Assembly (NCBI GenBank): GCA_951406725.2
Contig: OX597819.1
Coordinates: 133,114,001-133,178,000 of the forward strand
DNA: 64,000 nucleotides
Source of the DNA: Octopus vulgaris
Taxonomy: Eukaryota
Reading direction: 5' to 3'
This document shows positions 42,726-57,534 of this stretch, piece after piece. The stretch's first letter is position 1, and every line of letters begins with the position of its first letter. Below the pieces are notes generated by a model. It did no database searches. It worked only from the letters and a program-made list of their open reading frames with translations, and had not been told where the DNA came from. The position numbers were made by a program, and so were the translations under genes.

Positions 42726-45700
42726 TTCCCGCTCAGTCGATGAATCATAAAATATACATACTTATGATGAGTCATTTCAGTACTGAACATGATTCTCGTT
42801 TAAATGCGATTCGGATGTCTTCCAATTGGAATTCTGTTGTGTCCAGATATGCGTGTGTCGTCAGAACTGTAATGGAGACTATTTGTCACGTGATTGACGG
42901 ATGTAGGTTCTTTAACGTGCGATCATCTTTTATTAGTTTACTTTGTTTCATAGAACCTTGCGTGTCTTACCAAGACAACCTTCAAAAGCCAAAGATTTAA
43001 AGGGACCATCGATATATGTTTATTAAGGTTGATTCTCCTTGCATTCTCCTTTCCAGTTTTGGGTGTCTAATGGGATTCTAAACCTTATGCTTCGGTTTAT
43101 TGACTAAATATTTTCTCCGTGGTGCCCTATCAATCACATTCCATTGCTCTTCTCCAATATTACCTTTTATACCATTCAAGGTAGTCTTTATATGTCTGTT
43201 CTTTTGCAGGACATGATTACTCATCCAGGAGGGACTCTAACATTGTTTCGTTTTGCGTATGAGCTATATAAATTACCCACCTCAGTTTGCTATTTCAGTA
43301 AAGAACTTCTAGTCTTACATTATTCGCTAATTCCAAGACAACCAGCATCACTTATAGTGTTTCTCTCTCTAACAGATACGCTGCATTCGTTAAAGACAGC
43401 TTTGGTAACAACACACCAACTGAGCAATATGCTCTTAATAATGTCCATGGTTCACAGCTACTCAAGAAAATATTTTAAAAGTAGATATTTTAACGTCATT
43501 ATTGCATATATGATTGCAAATCGAATAAAGATTGACATTTGCTATAACTTTACTATGATTTCTAATTTCCGCTTGATAAAGTCATAGTTCAAATCTCAGT
43601 GTAACATGTTACCCATATATTTAAAGGAAGACACCGTCATTCTAAAACCTGCACGAGTCTTTCCACATCAGCGCCAAAAACGAATAACGGGTTTATATAG
43701 ACTCGTCGGGAGGTTAATAACAGTTATGTTTTTATCTTTAAGAATTTTATGCTTTTTCATTGTAAGAACTATATAGCCGTTATTAGCGTACGAGGGCCCC
43801 TTAACGTAAAGTGTGTGACTTAGAATTATGGCGGCCGAGTTTGAATAACATACTAGTAATGCAGTAGCTTATATGTTGCTTTCAGAACAATGTTGGTGAT
43901 TGGAAACAATTATTGTGAAAACTATGTCAAACTGTGGGAGCAGTTATACCACTCTGTTGTACACCACCACTAGTTGGAAACCTATCTAAGCATTCCCCAG
44001 TAACTGCACACTCTCTGATATCACGAAGGAAACACTTGATGAAATGTGTATCTTTGCTTTAAAATTATACACAGCATGTCTTGGTTCACTGAATGAAAAT
44101 CGTTAGTGATATCAATGTAACAATGACTTAGAAAGTGAAAAATTCTTTGCCCAGTCCTTACCGAACTTCCAACGTGTCGTTGCTTCGTCCTCGCGGGAAA
44201 ACCTGTTGGCAGCTAACAAACATATCTTCACATAACCCTATTGAGAATTATTTTTATGAAGACTTTCTCTTTAACGCTTACAAAAGAAGAACCTCAAGAA
44301 CTGTCGCAATTGTTTTTACCACCTTTTCTTTTTATACATCACCTGCAGCAACGTATCTCTCCAAACTTGAGGAGCTGTACCATTTATCCTCAGATTATAT
44401 ATTTAAGTATAAGATTAATCAGAAGATCCAGCACCTCTTTTTTTTTAATCTAAGCACTTCAACAGGAAAACCATCGATCTCAATGTCATTTACATCTTAA
44501 CGGAAAGTATATGTTTCTTCATTGAAAATACATAACAAAAGATGTATTTCATTGGAACTCTTTGAGTGCCTTCTAAATTGGACCAAATCTTATTGAGCAT
44601 CAGTAATTGAGCAGATCCCTTTAAAAGTTATTGAGGGATCTTTCTCGAATATTTGCCTGCGTTGGTCCTAATGGTTGCTCAGGAAATTGAATGAATAGCA
44701 TAAACTTGATTTATAAGAGAGTAGATCGCCATAATATCCTACAAGTTATTTACTTTCAAAAGATCACAGCTACGCTCAATCCGTCACATATTTTCCATGT
44801 TTCTCATTGCTTTTTGAATCTTTGACTTAACAGTTTAATATTGAATCAATAGATTTTCGTTTTGATCGATTCGTTTACGTTGCTCTCGTTGCAAAACGAT
44901 AATAATCTTTGTGTATGCTTATTATTATCGTCAATCTAGTCCTTGCATTTGAACTTTGTAACCCTGAATAGTTCTTTTGAACTTTAGTAAAACTATTTTT
45001 TGCCCGCCACACCATATTAACAATATGCACACGCGAATTAAAACCTTCCACGAACTCTTTTCTGACACACTTTTCCTTTTATGTTGCAACTTCAAATCTC
45101 TTTTAAGTTGTGAGAATTTTGTTTTCTAATTTGTTTTACTTTGAACGTTGATTTAGTTTGTAGAAGATTATGATCTGTATTACTATGCTCTACACTCTCT
45201 CTACATATTATATCTTATACACTGCGCCTCTTAAAACCCACACAACTCTCATATCAATGATATCTCTCATTCAACAATGATATAATCAACCAATAGCAAT
45301 TTTCTTGCCATCTGTATACACTGAAGTTCTTTTCTGAATCATTTTATACTAAAAGAGCATATTTTATTTTGTCACTAAATTAAACCAGAGGAATTTGACT
45401 TCTTCCTACCATATCTTAAACAATTCTACAACTCAGTGATTTCACCAACTCCTACGTTGGAATCCCTATAGTTTATTACTTTATTTCCAGCTGGAATTCT
45501 TCAAATATTGTCTCTTAATAACTCATAAGTAAATATTTCGTCTTCTTCACAAACAGACGTTTGAGGCAGACTGAGCGATCGAAAGATAAATACATGCAGA
45601 AAGATGTCAGCCAATAATTTCAGACTGGCAGAACGCCGTAAGAGATTGAACTAGAGTTTATTTAACAGCAAAATTCCTTTCCAGAGTCTTTTCTTAGTTT

Positions 45701-46730
45701 ATCATTTATTCCACACCAAAAGAAAGAATGGCTAGCATTTACCTCAGCGTATTGGCACCCACTAGGAAAAGAATTCTCAGATATCCAGTGTATACTTAAC
45801 AAGTTTCAAAGAAAGTAAAGCAGTTTTCTTTCATTTCTACAGATATTTCTTCATAACTTTCTGAGAACCAATCAAATTTTATAAAATATGTTTTTGACAG
45901 TTGCTCGATGATAGCACGAGTCAATGAGTCAGCTGCTTTGCTTTGCAAACTCTTCCTGTCTAAAGTGCATGTTGTGAGAGTCGTATAGTATTCTTGCCAT
46001 TTACATTATCGTACGAGTTATAAATTTATAGACTTGAAAAAAACCTGCCAAACATTTTCCTAAGGAATGAATTACACATTAGAAGACATTAAAGAATAAA
46101 CACTGTATATAAGAATAAGTCTCCCAAGAAATTTGATGCCAGTTGATCGCAATTAATGGACCATCCCCCTTAACAATCAACTCCTCTACAGGGATAAGGT
46201 CTAAAACATTCACGCTTGCACAACACGACATCGTCTTACACAGCCATTCATAAAAATCCACGAAACAAAAGTGACAAGGTCTTTGACTGTTACACATGGT
46301 TGCAGATCAGAAATTGTATTGGTTTTACGTGTCAGGCAGAGAATAGAATATTTGGCCAGTTGCATTGACCATGATTAATGAGTACTAGTCCACTCATTAT
46401 TCACATTAAACTCGCTCTCTCGCTACAATGTTTCTATGCTGACGTTCACGCTTACACTTGAACTAATACTCGATTCATTATCCTATTCATGTATATACAC
46501 ATATTACATATACACACATGTGCGCATGTGCACCACCCTACTCGACAGACTGAGACGCACCCCTCCCACACACACATTCATGATGATTTCACGGAATTAT
46601 AGTTCGGTATAAACATCTAACTTCTTTTGGGAAGTCACCAAATCAGATTGAAACCCGAAAGACATAGGTAAAAAAAAACTGGTAAAAGATGACGGCTGGA
46701 GAGAAACAAAAGGTGTAGATATGGATCATG

Positions 46731-46815
46731 GAAGAAGAAGAAGAAGAAGAAGAAGAAGAAGAAGAAGAAGAAGAAGAAGAAGAAGAAGAAGAAGAAGAAG
46801 AAGAAGAAGAAGAAG
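46731..46815. repeat. (GAA)n microsatellite
   Basis: Read directly. Confidence 0.95.
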
Positions 46816-47406
46816 GAATAGAGAAAAGTGTTGAAGACATACTGTAAAGGATTATAGGAATCGAAGGTGTGATAAACACTGCATCAACACAACAACTGAC
46901 TTAAATATTATTAAATAAGTATAGTCTCTATGTTGTTGTTTTTTTGCATTCTAAGAAAAAAATGTTTATATTTCGACATATCTCTCTATCACAGTTAAGG
47001 ACTTGCTAATATTTAAAAATATATTTCAATACTTCTGCTTCACGCTGTTTCGCATAAAATCTGTGTTGTCTACCTAATGACGAGCCGTCACGGATATGCA
47101 AATTAAAACATGATACCTGACATCTTCAGGTAGCAGAAGAATACCCCATGCTGTTTGGGTTGATCGCATCTGAGGACAATTCAACCGCTCACTGAACAGT
47201 TCGTCAGGAGATCTTTCTCTTACAATGGAAGAGAAATGGTATTTACATTACTATATAATTACTTATCGGAGCCCAGCCCGGTCCAACGAGAGTCTCAGGT
47301 TAATCTATAATAAACATATCAGTCAACTACTTACGGCATTTTGAGTTCTTTTCCAGATGATGGCTGCCCTATTTTCAATATGTTTTAATATTCTTTCATA
47401 ATTCTG

Positions 47407-47480
<74 letters not shown>

Positions 47481-47486
47481 CACACA

Positions 47487-47520
47487 CTAGCAAAGGCACC
47501 CGGCGTTGCTCGGGAATGAG
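47487..47520 (-). mobile_element. Helitron-type 3' terminus (extent of element unknown)
   Basis: Minus strand CCCGAGCAACGCCGGG hairpin, 8-nt spacer, then CTAG followed by T. Confidence 0.6.
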
Positions 47521-47646
47521 ATTGTTTCCTATATATTGGAAGGAAAAAGATGATATGTTGTATAGAAATTTGTTATTCTAAATTTAATTTATTCTTCAAT
47601 TGGGAAATCAATTCTGGATTCATAATAATATCAAAAAAACGTAATG

Positions 47647-47726
<80 letters not shown>

Positions 47727-48294
47727 CGAATATACAAAATTTACCACTTTTATGTATGGAGATAATTTCTATCACATATTTTGAAGGAAATTACGTAAGA
47801 CCTTCTGGGTAAACAACATTCTTTGTTTCCTAGTTTGGAGCATAGACAAATGCATCATACAAACTATCAACCCTGGAGCAACCAATATGAAGCTGACTAT
47901 GAATTGAAGCAAGGCCCAATTAAGTGCAAGCCAGTAGATTTCAAATCTGACCTTCAGCTTTATTAATGAACATTGAGTGAGAGAGAAAGATCCAGAGATT
48001 TCAGTATTGGATACATTTTGTAGCGTTCAAAAGGTTTTAGAGGAAGCCGGTTCTACTCAATGCATATTTGCTGCTATTAATTGTAGATTTTTGAGAACTA
48101 TATCTGCTAACATTATGACGTAAGTCTGGGATCCCAGAAACAGCTGTCGAACTTGTAACACCAGACTTTCGTTTTAATTTTCTATGTCTTTCTACTCTGC
48201 GTAAGTTTATATTGATATCCAGAAATTTATACTTGAATATCCATCATTTGAATGTGTTCGATCTTTACTTTCTCTCTTTACGTGTATACGTGTA

Positions 48295-48486
48295 CTCTTT
48301 ACTCTTTTACTTGTTTTAGTCATTTGCCTGTGGACATGCTGGAGCACCGCCTTTAGTCGAGCAAACCGACCCCAGGACTTCTTCTTTGTAAGCCTAGTAG
48401 TTATTCTATCGGGCTCTTTTGCCGAACCGTTAAGTTATGGGGACGTAAACACACTAGCATCGGTTGTTAAGTGATGTTGTGGGGGA

Positions 48487-48556
<70 letters not shown>

Positions 48557-48718
48557 GATATATACGACGGGCTTCGTTCAGTTTCCGTCTACCAAATCCA
48601 CTCACAAGGCTTTGGTCGGCCCGAGACTATAGTAGAAAACACTTGCCGAAGCTGCCAAGCAGTGGGACTGAACACGGAACCATGTGGTTCGTAAGCAACC
48701 TACTTACTACACACCCAC
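48295..48718 (-). mobile_element. tRNA-derived SINE (third family) with internal (CA)n
   Basis: Head GAGTGGGTGTGTAGTAAGTAGGTTGCTTAC...GTTCAGTCCCACTGC on the minus strand; (AGAGTAAA)n tail. Confidence 0.85.
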
Positions 48719-48803
48719 TCTTACGTGTATATATAATTTTTATATATAATACAATCAATTTGATTTGTTTATTAGTATCATTATCTCTGCGTCTGTTTAT
48801 TAT

Positions 48804-48861
<58 letters not shown>

Positions 48862-49596
48862 GCATGTATGTATGTATGTATGTATGTATTTATGTATTCC
48901 GCTTTCGTAGACATAATTTCTTATACTTGAATGACTTATTAAACGTACATAGGAAAACGATTAAGAAAATGTAATGTGTTCTTCTATATTTCCGTATGTA
49001 TACGAGAGGTACGTGATTCCTCAGATTATCTCAGAACAGTAGAGGAATAAGTGGCGATATATTCATAGCTAAACTACATGTACAAGAAGCGATAATTATG
49101 AAGTCTACTTAACAATACTGGAAGATATTTGCATAATTATGGAATGCCAGATTCGATTTTCATTCATTGGTAACCATAGAAAGAATGAGTAATTCTAGAA
49201 TTAGTCATGCATAACGTGATTAACAAAAGGATTGAGATGGTTTTTCACAGACCTACCATTCGCCAGAAGTGATTGCTTACTAAACTTGTTGCAGACTTAC
49301 CTTATATCTCCCACAATTTATTCCTGATTAACACATTTTATTGCAATATTGCAAATTACGCACTTATTACAAATAGCTTTCTAGACTACTGCCCCACATT
49401 GCTCACCGTTTGTCTCTCTATCGCTTAAAAAATATGCAAACACTCACGTACACATACGTATACATACATACATAAATGTGTGCATATATATATATATATA
49501 TAAATATGTTAAATGTAAACAAAGGATAAATCATTCCTCCTTTTATACATATATATATGCTGTATGTATATATATATATATATATATGGAGTGGCT

Positions 49597-49812
49597 GGAG
49601 TGGCTGTGTGGTAGTAGCTTGCATACCAACCACATAGTTCCGGGTTCAGTCCCACTGCGTGGCACCTTGGGCAAGTGCCTTCTTCTATAGCCTTGGGCCG
49701 ACCAAAGCCTTGTGAGTGGATTTGGTAGACGGAAACTGAAAGAAGCCCGTCGTATGCATATGCATATGTTTGTGTGTCTGTGTTTGTCCCTCAAATAACC
49801 GATGCTGGTGTA
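49597..49812 (+). mobile_element. tRNA-derived SINE (third family), 3'-truncated
   Basis: GGAGTGGCTGTGTGGTAGTAGCTTGC...GGTTCAGTCCCACTGCGTGGCACCTTGGGCAAGTG. Confidence 0.85.
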
Positions 49813-49824
49813 TTTATATATATG

Positions 49825-49884
<60 letters not shown>

Positions 49885-49990
49885 ATATATATGTAGGTCC
49901 CGGGTTGAGTCGGGGTTAACCACAGTAAATAAGGTACTCAATACATAGCAGAGTAAATTAATTTATTTTATAGAAGGAGCTTCTACAGGA

Positions 49991-50030
49991 CTAGAACTGT
50001 TTCATTCAAAAGAAATCATCAGGAAGCTAG
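49991..50030 (-). ncRNA. hammerhead-like motif near a (TA)n-anchored element end
   Basis: CTAGCTTC-CTGATGA-TTTC..GAAT-GAAA-CAG-TT-CTAG; stem I register offset. Confidence 0.4.
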
Positions 50031-50235
50031 GTGACAAGAGTAGTTTTAGCATTTATACATTTAGGCAGGTTTAAAGGGGTGGTGGTGGGGGGACTTTTTG
50101 GGGTAAGCATGGCGCAAACTATCATTCTTAGGGGAGTGGTCAAAGGAATCGGTGGTAAAGTAGATAAAAGAATAAATAAAAGAATAAAAGAATAAATAGA
50201 AAAATAGAGTTTTAGGTAAATAAGGAGACTCTCAC

Positions 50236-50259
50236 TTATACATATACACACATATATAT

Positions 50260-50318
<59 letters not shown>

Positions 50319-50696
50319 CATGTACATATACACATACACACACACATACACATATGTATACATATACATACATACATATACACACATATACATACATAGA
50401 CATATACATATATACACATACACATACGTACACATACACACATACACCCATATACACATGTACATATGTACCCATATACATGTATCTATGTACACGCCCA
50501 TACCCATACTCATACATACACTTATATATGTCTACACACATATATATATATAAAAGGGGATATACACCCCCATACACACACGCTCCCATATCCATATATA
50601 TATATATATATATACATACCCATATATATACACACACCCATATACACATATATATACATACATACACATACATACCTATACATATATATATATATG

Positions 50697-50746
<50 letters not shown>

Positions 50747-51097
50747 CACATATATATGTGATGTCGTCCCAAGGGATAGTCTAAAGAGTCCATTTATTGC
50801 CCTTCTCCCTTCCTTTCTATCTTTCTACTCACTGATACGAACACAAACACTCACACACGCACACACACTCACACGTACACTCATACACATACACACACGC
50901 ACGTGTTATATTCATACATACATACATCTACATACATGCACGTATATACACATACGTACACGTACCTACAAATTCATATCTACACGCATACACATACATA
51001 CATCTATACACCCACAGAAGACTAGTCCATACATATACACAAATAAATATATATACATATTCATATACACACACATACACATACATACACATACATA

Positions 51098-51137
<40 letters not shown>

Positions 51138-51390
51138 CATATATACATACACATATACACATATACATACACGTACGCGCATACCTACATATACATACAC
51201 ACATATATACTTACACCAGTCATATACATACCTACATACCCATACATCCATATATCTATACATATACATACACGTATATATACACAAGCACATACTAATA
51301 CACACGCACACACATCTATCTACATATATAAAAAAGAAACCCAACAAGTCCATACATGTACACACATACATATATATACGTATGTATATC
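50236..51390. repeat. ~1.15-kb degenerate CA/TA/(CATA)n low-complexity array
   Basis: Read directly; this array explains the 359-aa His/Tyr/Ile/Thr ORF. Confidence 0.9.
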
Positions 51391-51901
51391 TATGTAAAAA
51401 TTTAACATTAGCCGATATAAATGTTGGTTGGCTGAGTGGTTGCTTTCGCTTGTCACGCTTCACATTGTATCGAGGTAGAGAGAGAGGGGGGAGAGAGAGG
51501 GAGAGAGAGTGTGTGAGAGAGAGGGAGAAGCGGATAAAAAAGTGAGATAGAGAGGAACTCGGGATGAGTGTCATAACTCTGAGAAATTTTGCCGAAATAG
51601 GTTTTTCGATGCAGTCGATTGTGATTACGTTCATAAAATTCTAGACAAATAATGACGCATATTTTATTACAAATATTCCGAGCAGAAAGTTGTATTATTT
51701 AATTATATTTTAAGGTAAACATTTCCTTTTGAAAATTAGTTTCCATTTCCTCACTTTGAATGAGTCGAGAGAAATTTGATAAAATTTAAATTTTCAAAGT
51801 GATTGTATGTATGCCACGCTTCCTGATATTGCCCATGGGGGCTAATGTATATTTCCAAAGTTACTACTCATATAACGGTCAACACTCTGGTGTGTGTGTT
51901 A

Positions 51902-51944
<43 letters not shown>

Positions 51945-52022
51945 GTCTGGCAGTCGCCATGATTGATCGTTAGCCACTACACACATTTTTTTCTCTCCTT
52001 ACTCTCCTTGCTTTTTCTGTCT

Positions 52023-52057
52023 CTTTCTGTAGAAGAGCGTAGGCTCGAAACGTAAAC
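52023..52057 (+). ncRNA. degenerate minimal hammerhead-like motif
   Basis: CTTT-CTGTAGA-A-GAGC-GTAG-GCTC-GAAA-CG-TA. Confidence 0.35.
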
Positions 52058-53515
52058 ACTGGGTTCGATTCGAGTGCTAAATAGGTTGCAGAGAGGATTG
52101 TGGCAGAGAAGTGCTCTGGAGAAATTCTTATTGACCGAATTCGGAGTTATGTTATTGTTTAGAATTTATTCATGTATGTAGAACTTTGTAATCAGGTGTA
52201 TATGCTTATGTGTGTCATCTTGAGGTCATGGTATTGTTTTCTAGTGGTTGACAAAAGGGATGTGCTAGTAATTTCAGTTATTTTTGGTTTATTGGATTTG
52301 ATTTAATTCTTTGCTTCGAAAACGAAAGGTCAAATGTTCAAAGTCGAGTCCAGCATTTGAAAACTCAGTAATTGGGTGTGTCAACTATTTTGTCATGGAA
52401 ATTTTGAAGGGCTCACAATAGAATGTAAATAGATGGTATGTTTTAGCTTGTCATCTTCTTTGTGTAACGTTATTTAGGATATTTCCTGTTTGTATTTGCA
52501 ATGTACGGGTTATTAGTGGGATATGCGATGGTGTTGTTAGTATAGATATTTGTTTATCTTGTGCTTTGGTGTTCACAAGGAGATGTGGGTAGGTTGTAAG
52601 GATTGTTGGTCTCTATGTTTCTCTCTAGCGGATCCTTGTTTTATAAGCAATTTGATTTAAGCTTTGTGTTTTATGGAGGTAGAGTCTGTAGGCTGTGTTT
52701 ATAACTATTTCTTCCAACTTGCTTGCAAACAAATTTATGTGTGTGTACTTAAGTTTGTGGACTTCTTTTAGCAAATCTTTTGTAGAGATTTGGGTCGGAA
52801 ATAGGGAAACTTGTACAGTATTCTCTTAGTATAAAGCTGCAAAAGTGTTTTCATGTATATTATGGGGATGGTTCATAAAGTAGGTGGAAGAAGAGAAGCA
52901 AGTGAGATATTTACATATTTAGGCTTTAGGGAAAAAATTATTGGTTTGAAATATTTTAACGTTTTCAAGATTTTGTGCATGCACGAAGAATCTAGTTCGG
53001 AGTTTCGGTTCGGTATTTGGTTCTTGAATGTGAGAACGTAGTAGGTTTTATTAGTACTAAGCTGGAAGAGTCTCTTGTTAACTTGGTATGGTTGTCTGTG
53101 TGAGAGTATTTTCCAGTTGATGCTAAACGGAATGTTTTTGGTTTTAACCTCTATATATGTTTTGATTGTGACGCATCATTGTTTAGCCTGCGAAAATCTG
53201 GAAGACAGTTTTCTTTTCTAATTCTTCCTTTTCTTAATATTTCGTTTTTTTTAATTTTTAAAATGTTTTTAAATTTACAATTTTTATTTTTCCAATCAAA
53301 ATTTATTATTTTTATACAGGAGTATATATATACACCTTTTATAACGGCCCACTTTTGCATATAACCATAGGCATAAAATAGTATATTATAAAACGCCCAA
53401 ATTTGAAACAGAATTGAAGAAATATATATAAACACATAGCCCAGAAATTATTCTTTCTTTTTTTTATATATTCTATTGAATAATTTAGTATTTTTAGCAG
53501 AATATTCTCTATACA

Positions 53516-54492
53516 TTTTAATCGGATCACTTTCTCTCCTAACAGAAATTACTTTCTCCGTGTCATTTTTGAGGCAGAATGAACAGATGTCTAGACGTGT
53601 AGCAAAACAATGTTTGGCATGTCCTCAGCACGTGAAACTAATAGTAGAACATAAAAACTTCTATTGTGTTTATTAAATAATATTTTGAACTCACCAGATG
53701 GCGTCATTTTTTTTTTTTGTTGATGTTACCATCACGGAACAGTACACTATATATATATATAAATATATATAATTTTGGGGGATTAATTGATATACGGGTA
53801 TTCTATTTCAGATAATACAAAAATAACCAAATGAGTATATCTTACAGTAAACTCGTGGTATCAGTTTGCACATCCCGAAATAATACTTAAAGGATATAAC
53901 CAAAATTTCCAGCTGGGTATATGATGTACTTCATTAATTATGTTATACTTTAGTTAATATTTATATTTATTATGAAGGAACTACACGTGTTCCAGTATTG
54001 GAAGATTAGAATATATATAAATATACACGGCTGTATACCTTTATATATACATATATAAACACAGATATGCAATCGTCAGATTTACAATTATTCCAACACA
54101 TCGGGTTCTATTTCAAATAATTATGTATCTAATTTTACATCTCTTTAAAATAAGCAATACAATTAAGCATTAAAGATTAAAAATTACGAATTAAAAATTA
54201 AGAAAAAATTATACTTTATATATTAAGAATTAAAATTTTAATCGGATCACTTTCTCTTCTAACAGAAATTACTTTCTCCGTGGCATTTCTGAGGCAGAAT
54301 GAACAGATGTCACCCTTTCTCGCTATACTTAATCAAATATTGTCGTTAACTTATCACCTAATCTGAAGCTTGGTACAGGCGTAGTTAATAAACATATGTG
54401 GGCAATGTCTGATGATTGTGCTGGGACACTAGACGTGTAGCAAAACAATGTTTGGCATGTCCTCAGCACATGAAACTAACTTCTATTGTGTT
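53516..54492 (+). repeat. direct repeat pair (53516-53672 / 54236-54492) carrying complementary partial hammerheads
   Basis: Shared TTTTAATCGGATCACTTTCTC...GAACAGATGTC and CTAGACGTGTAGC...GAAACTAA. CTGATGA at 54409 is only in copy 2; the cleavage site TAG-TA-GAACAT is only in copy 1. Confidence 0.75.
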
Positions 54493-54676
54493 GGCGATTT
54501 TTTTCATCCGTCTTCCCTTCTTTGGATCTTTCCTTTTCCTATGTTTATGATGAAGAGCTCCGCTCGAAACGTTAAACCCACCTTTCCTTCTTTCCGGAGC
54601 GTCCAATAATACTATACTAGTTCCACGTCCTCGCGTTGTGTTTTCTCTTTGTGTTTTCATGTTTGGATTAACTTTA
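54490..54676 (+). mobile_element. (TA)n-anchored ~190-bp repeat with hammerhead-like motif (54543-54577)
   Basis: Inverted near-identical copy at 57254-57443. Motif GTTT-ATGATGA-A-GAGC-TCC-GCTC-GAAA-CG-TT-AAAC. Confidence 0.7.
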
Positions 54677-54690
54677 TATATATATTAATA

Positions 54691-54758
<68 letters not shown>

Positions 54759-54762
54759 ATAT

Positions 54763-55079
54763 TTAGTGAGGGAAGAAATGGAGCTGAACGAAGATTCTAC
54801 AAAATTCCTTTTTATTATTTTCTACACATGTTTCAAAGGCTGCAAATTCCCTAATTCGGATTGAATAAGGAGACCATTTTGCAGCTTTCTCTTCAGGAAA
54901 ATCCAGGAATTAAAATCTCCAAACAAATGCGCAGCAAGCTTTTCGAACAAAAGCACGGTTGCGACACCCCATGGTCGTAACCGCAACCGTGTTATTTCTG
55001 TTGTCATTTTTGCTACCCAGGTATCGGTTAAATTTTTAATAATCCGTAACAAGATAATTCATTTATCCATTTCAATTAA

Positions 55080-55082
<3 letters not shown>
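54763..55082 (-). mobile_element. (TA)n-flanked hammerhead-bearing module homologous to 35797-36128
   Basis: GAAGAAATGGAGCTGAACG..., CCGATTGAATAA and CACGGTTGC.ACACC are shared with the palindrome locus, but with different relative orientation of the two segments. Confidence 0.75.
54817..54902 (-). ncRNA. type I hammerhead ribozyme
   Basis: ATTTTC-CTGAAGA-GAAAGCTGCAAA...TTTGCAGCCTTT-GAAA-CATGTG-TA-GAAAAT; perfect 6-bp stem I. Confidence 0.78.
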
Positions 55083-55127
<45 letters not shown>

Positions 55128-55130
<3 letters not shown>

Positions 55131-56643
55131 CTTAGATAAACTTAGATATGTTTCGACCAAAGATTGGTAGAGGCCATGTCTAACTTAATAGCATTACCTG
55201 ATAGGATTATTCGAATCCTGTTTAAGTCAAGTTTTGTTCAAGTAGTGAGTTCTTGTTGGGTGAGTTGTATCCAATTATGGGTGGCTTATCTGGTATTCTT
55301 TGAAGGAATCTATCTAGACTCCGTTTAAAGTTGATGGGATCCTCTTCCTCTTTGATCTCCATCGGGACAATGTTAAATAGGGCAGGGCCTGTTGAGGAAA
55401 TGAAATTATGTTGCAGTGTACATGTATGTTGTGATCTTGAATTGGGCAGGGGACGTAAGGCCCGTGGTCCCAGTCTTGGATGAACCTTGAAGCTAATGTT
55501 TAGGTCGTTTGGGCAAAGTTGGCGGTACATTTTCCACATCGTACAAATGATGTACCGCTCACGGCGACGCTGGAGGGAGTAAAGTTTCAAGGCTTTAAGG
55601 CGATCCCAATAATCGAGAGCAGCCATGCCTTCAATTCGTTTAGTGAGTGCCCTCTGGGGTGACTCAATTCTGGAGGTGTTTTGTCTTGTGTGAGGAGACC
55701 ACAGTGGGCAGCAGTATTCAAGGTGTGGCCGTACAAAGGAGGAAAAAAGTGGTATGATGACACCTTGTTCTCTGGACCGGAAAGTTCTTAAGATCCAGGA
55801 ACTCATCCTACGAGCTATATCGACCTTCTTGTTGATGTGTGCACTCCAACTGAGATCGTCATCAACAATTACACCCAGGTCTCTGATATTGTTAGAGGCT
55901 GTGAGCGGTTCCCCTGAAGGAAGAGAGTATGGTTGTTTTAGTGAGGAATTTCTTCCAAAATGCATCAGCTCAAATTTTCCCTCATTCAGTTGCATTTTGT
56001 TTCTGTCTGCCCATTGACTCACAGCATATAGATCAGACTGGAGTTGAGTTCGGTCTGCTTCTTCATTGACAATTTGTTGGAGCTTAGTGTCATCAGCAAA
56101 TATTTTCACTTTGCAGTTAATGTACGACACTGGAAAGGTCGTTTACGTAAATTATGAAGAGTAGCGGACCCAAAACAGTTCCCTGGGGAACACCGCTGGT
56201 GACTTTTGCTGGATTTGAGTGGACTCCATCAACTACAACATGTTGTGTTCTATTCGCCAGGAAATACTTAATCCAGTGTAGAACTTTTCCACGGATTCCA
56301 ACATTTGCCAATTTTGAGAGTAGGATATTATGGTCTACCGTGTCGAACGCTTTACTGAAGTCAAGATATATGACGTCAGAGTTCGAACCTGTTCCCAAGG
56401 CTTTGAGTACATCTTCAATGTGGTGTAAGAGCTGTGTTAGACAGTCCCTGCCACAGCGAAAGCCATGCTGATTTGGATTTAGGAGTTTGTGGGTCTCCAG
56501 GAAGTCAGCCATCCTTGATCTTAACACTCTTTCAAACACTTTAATGATATGGGAGGTGAGTGAGATAGTTGACTGCGAGGGATCTGTTTGAAAACCGGGA
56601 TGACCGACTGGGATAGAAACTGTTTCGGTATATAACCTGCGTC
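55128..56643 (-). mobile_element. 5'-truncated CR1-group LINE (RT to 3' end)
   Basis: [40 protein letters not shown] and FADDTKL motifs (ORFs 56117-56824 and 55222-56130, frameshift near 56125). (TATCTAAGTT)2 tail; bounded by (TA)n. Confidence 0.92.
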
Positions 56644-56646
56644 TAT

Positions 56647-57443
<797 letters not shown>

Positions 57444-57465
57444 GGTACACACGCGGTCACATTTT

Positions 57466-57534
<69 letters not shown>

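Noticed and set aside
50466-51545. 359-aa ORF and many other Y/I/H/T/C/V-rich ORFs
   Set aside because: Translations of (TA)n, (CA)n, (CATA)n and (CTAT)n microsatellites; no domain content.
52060-53150. Decayed Penelope ORF on the minus strand
   Set aside because: Strand-biased composition between hammerhead-like motifs is suggestive, but no RT or GIY-YIG motif could be read.
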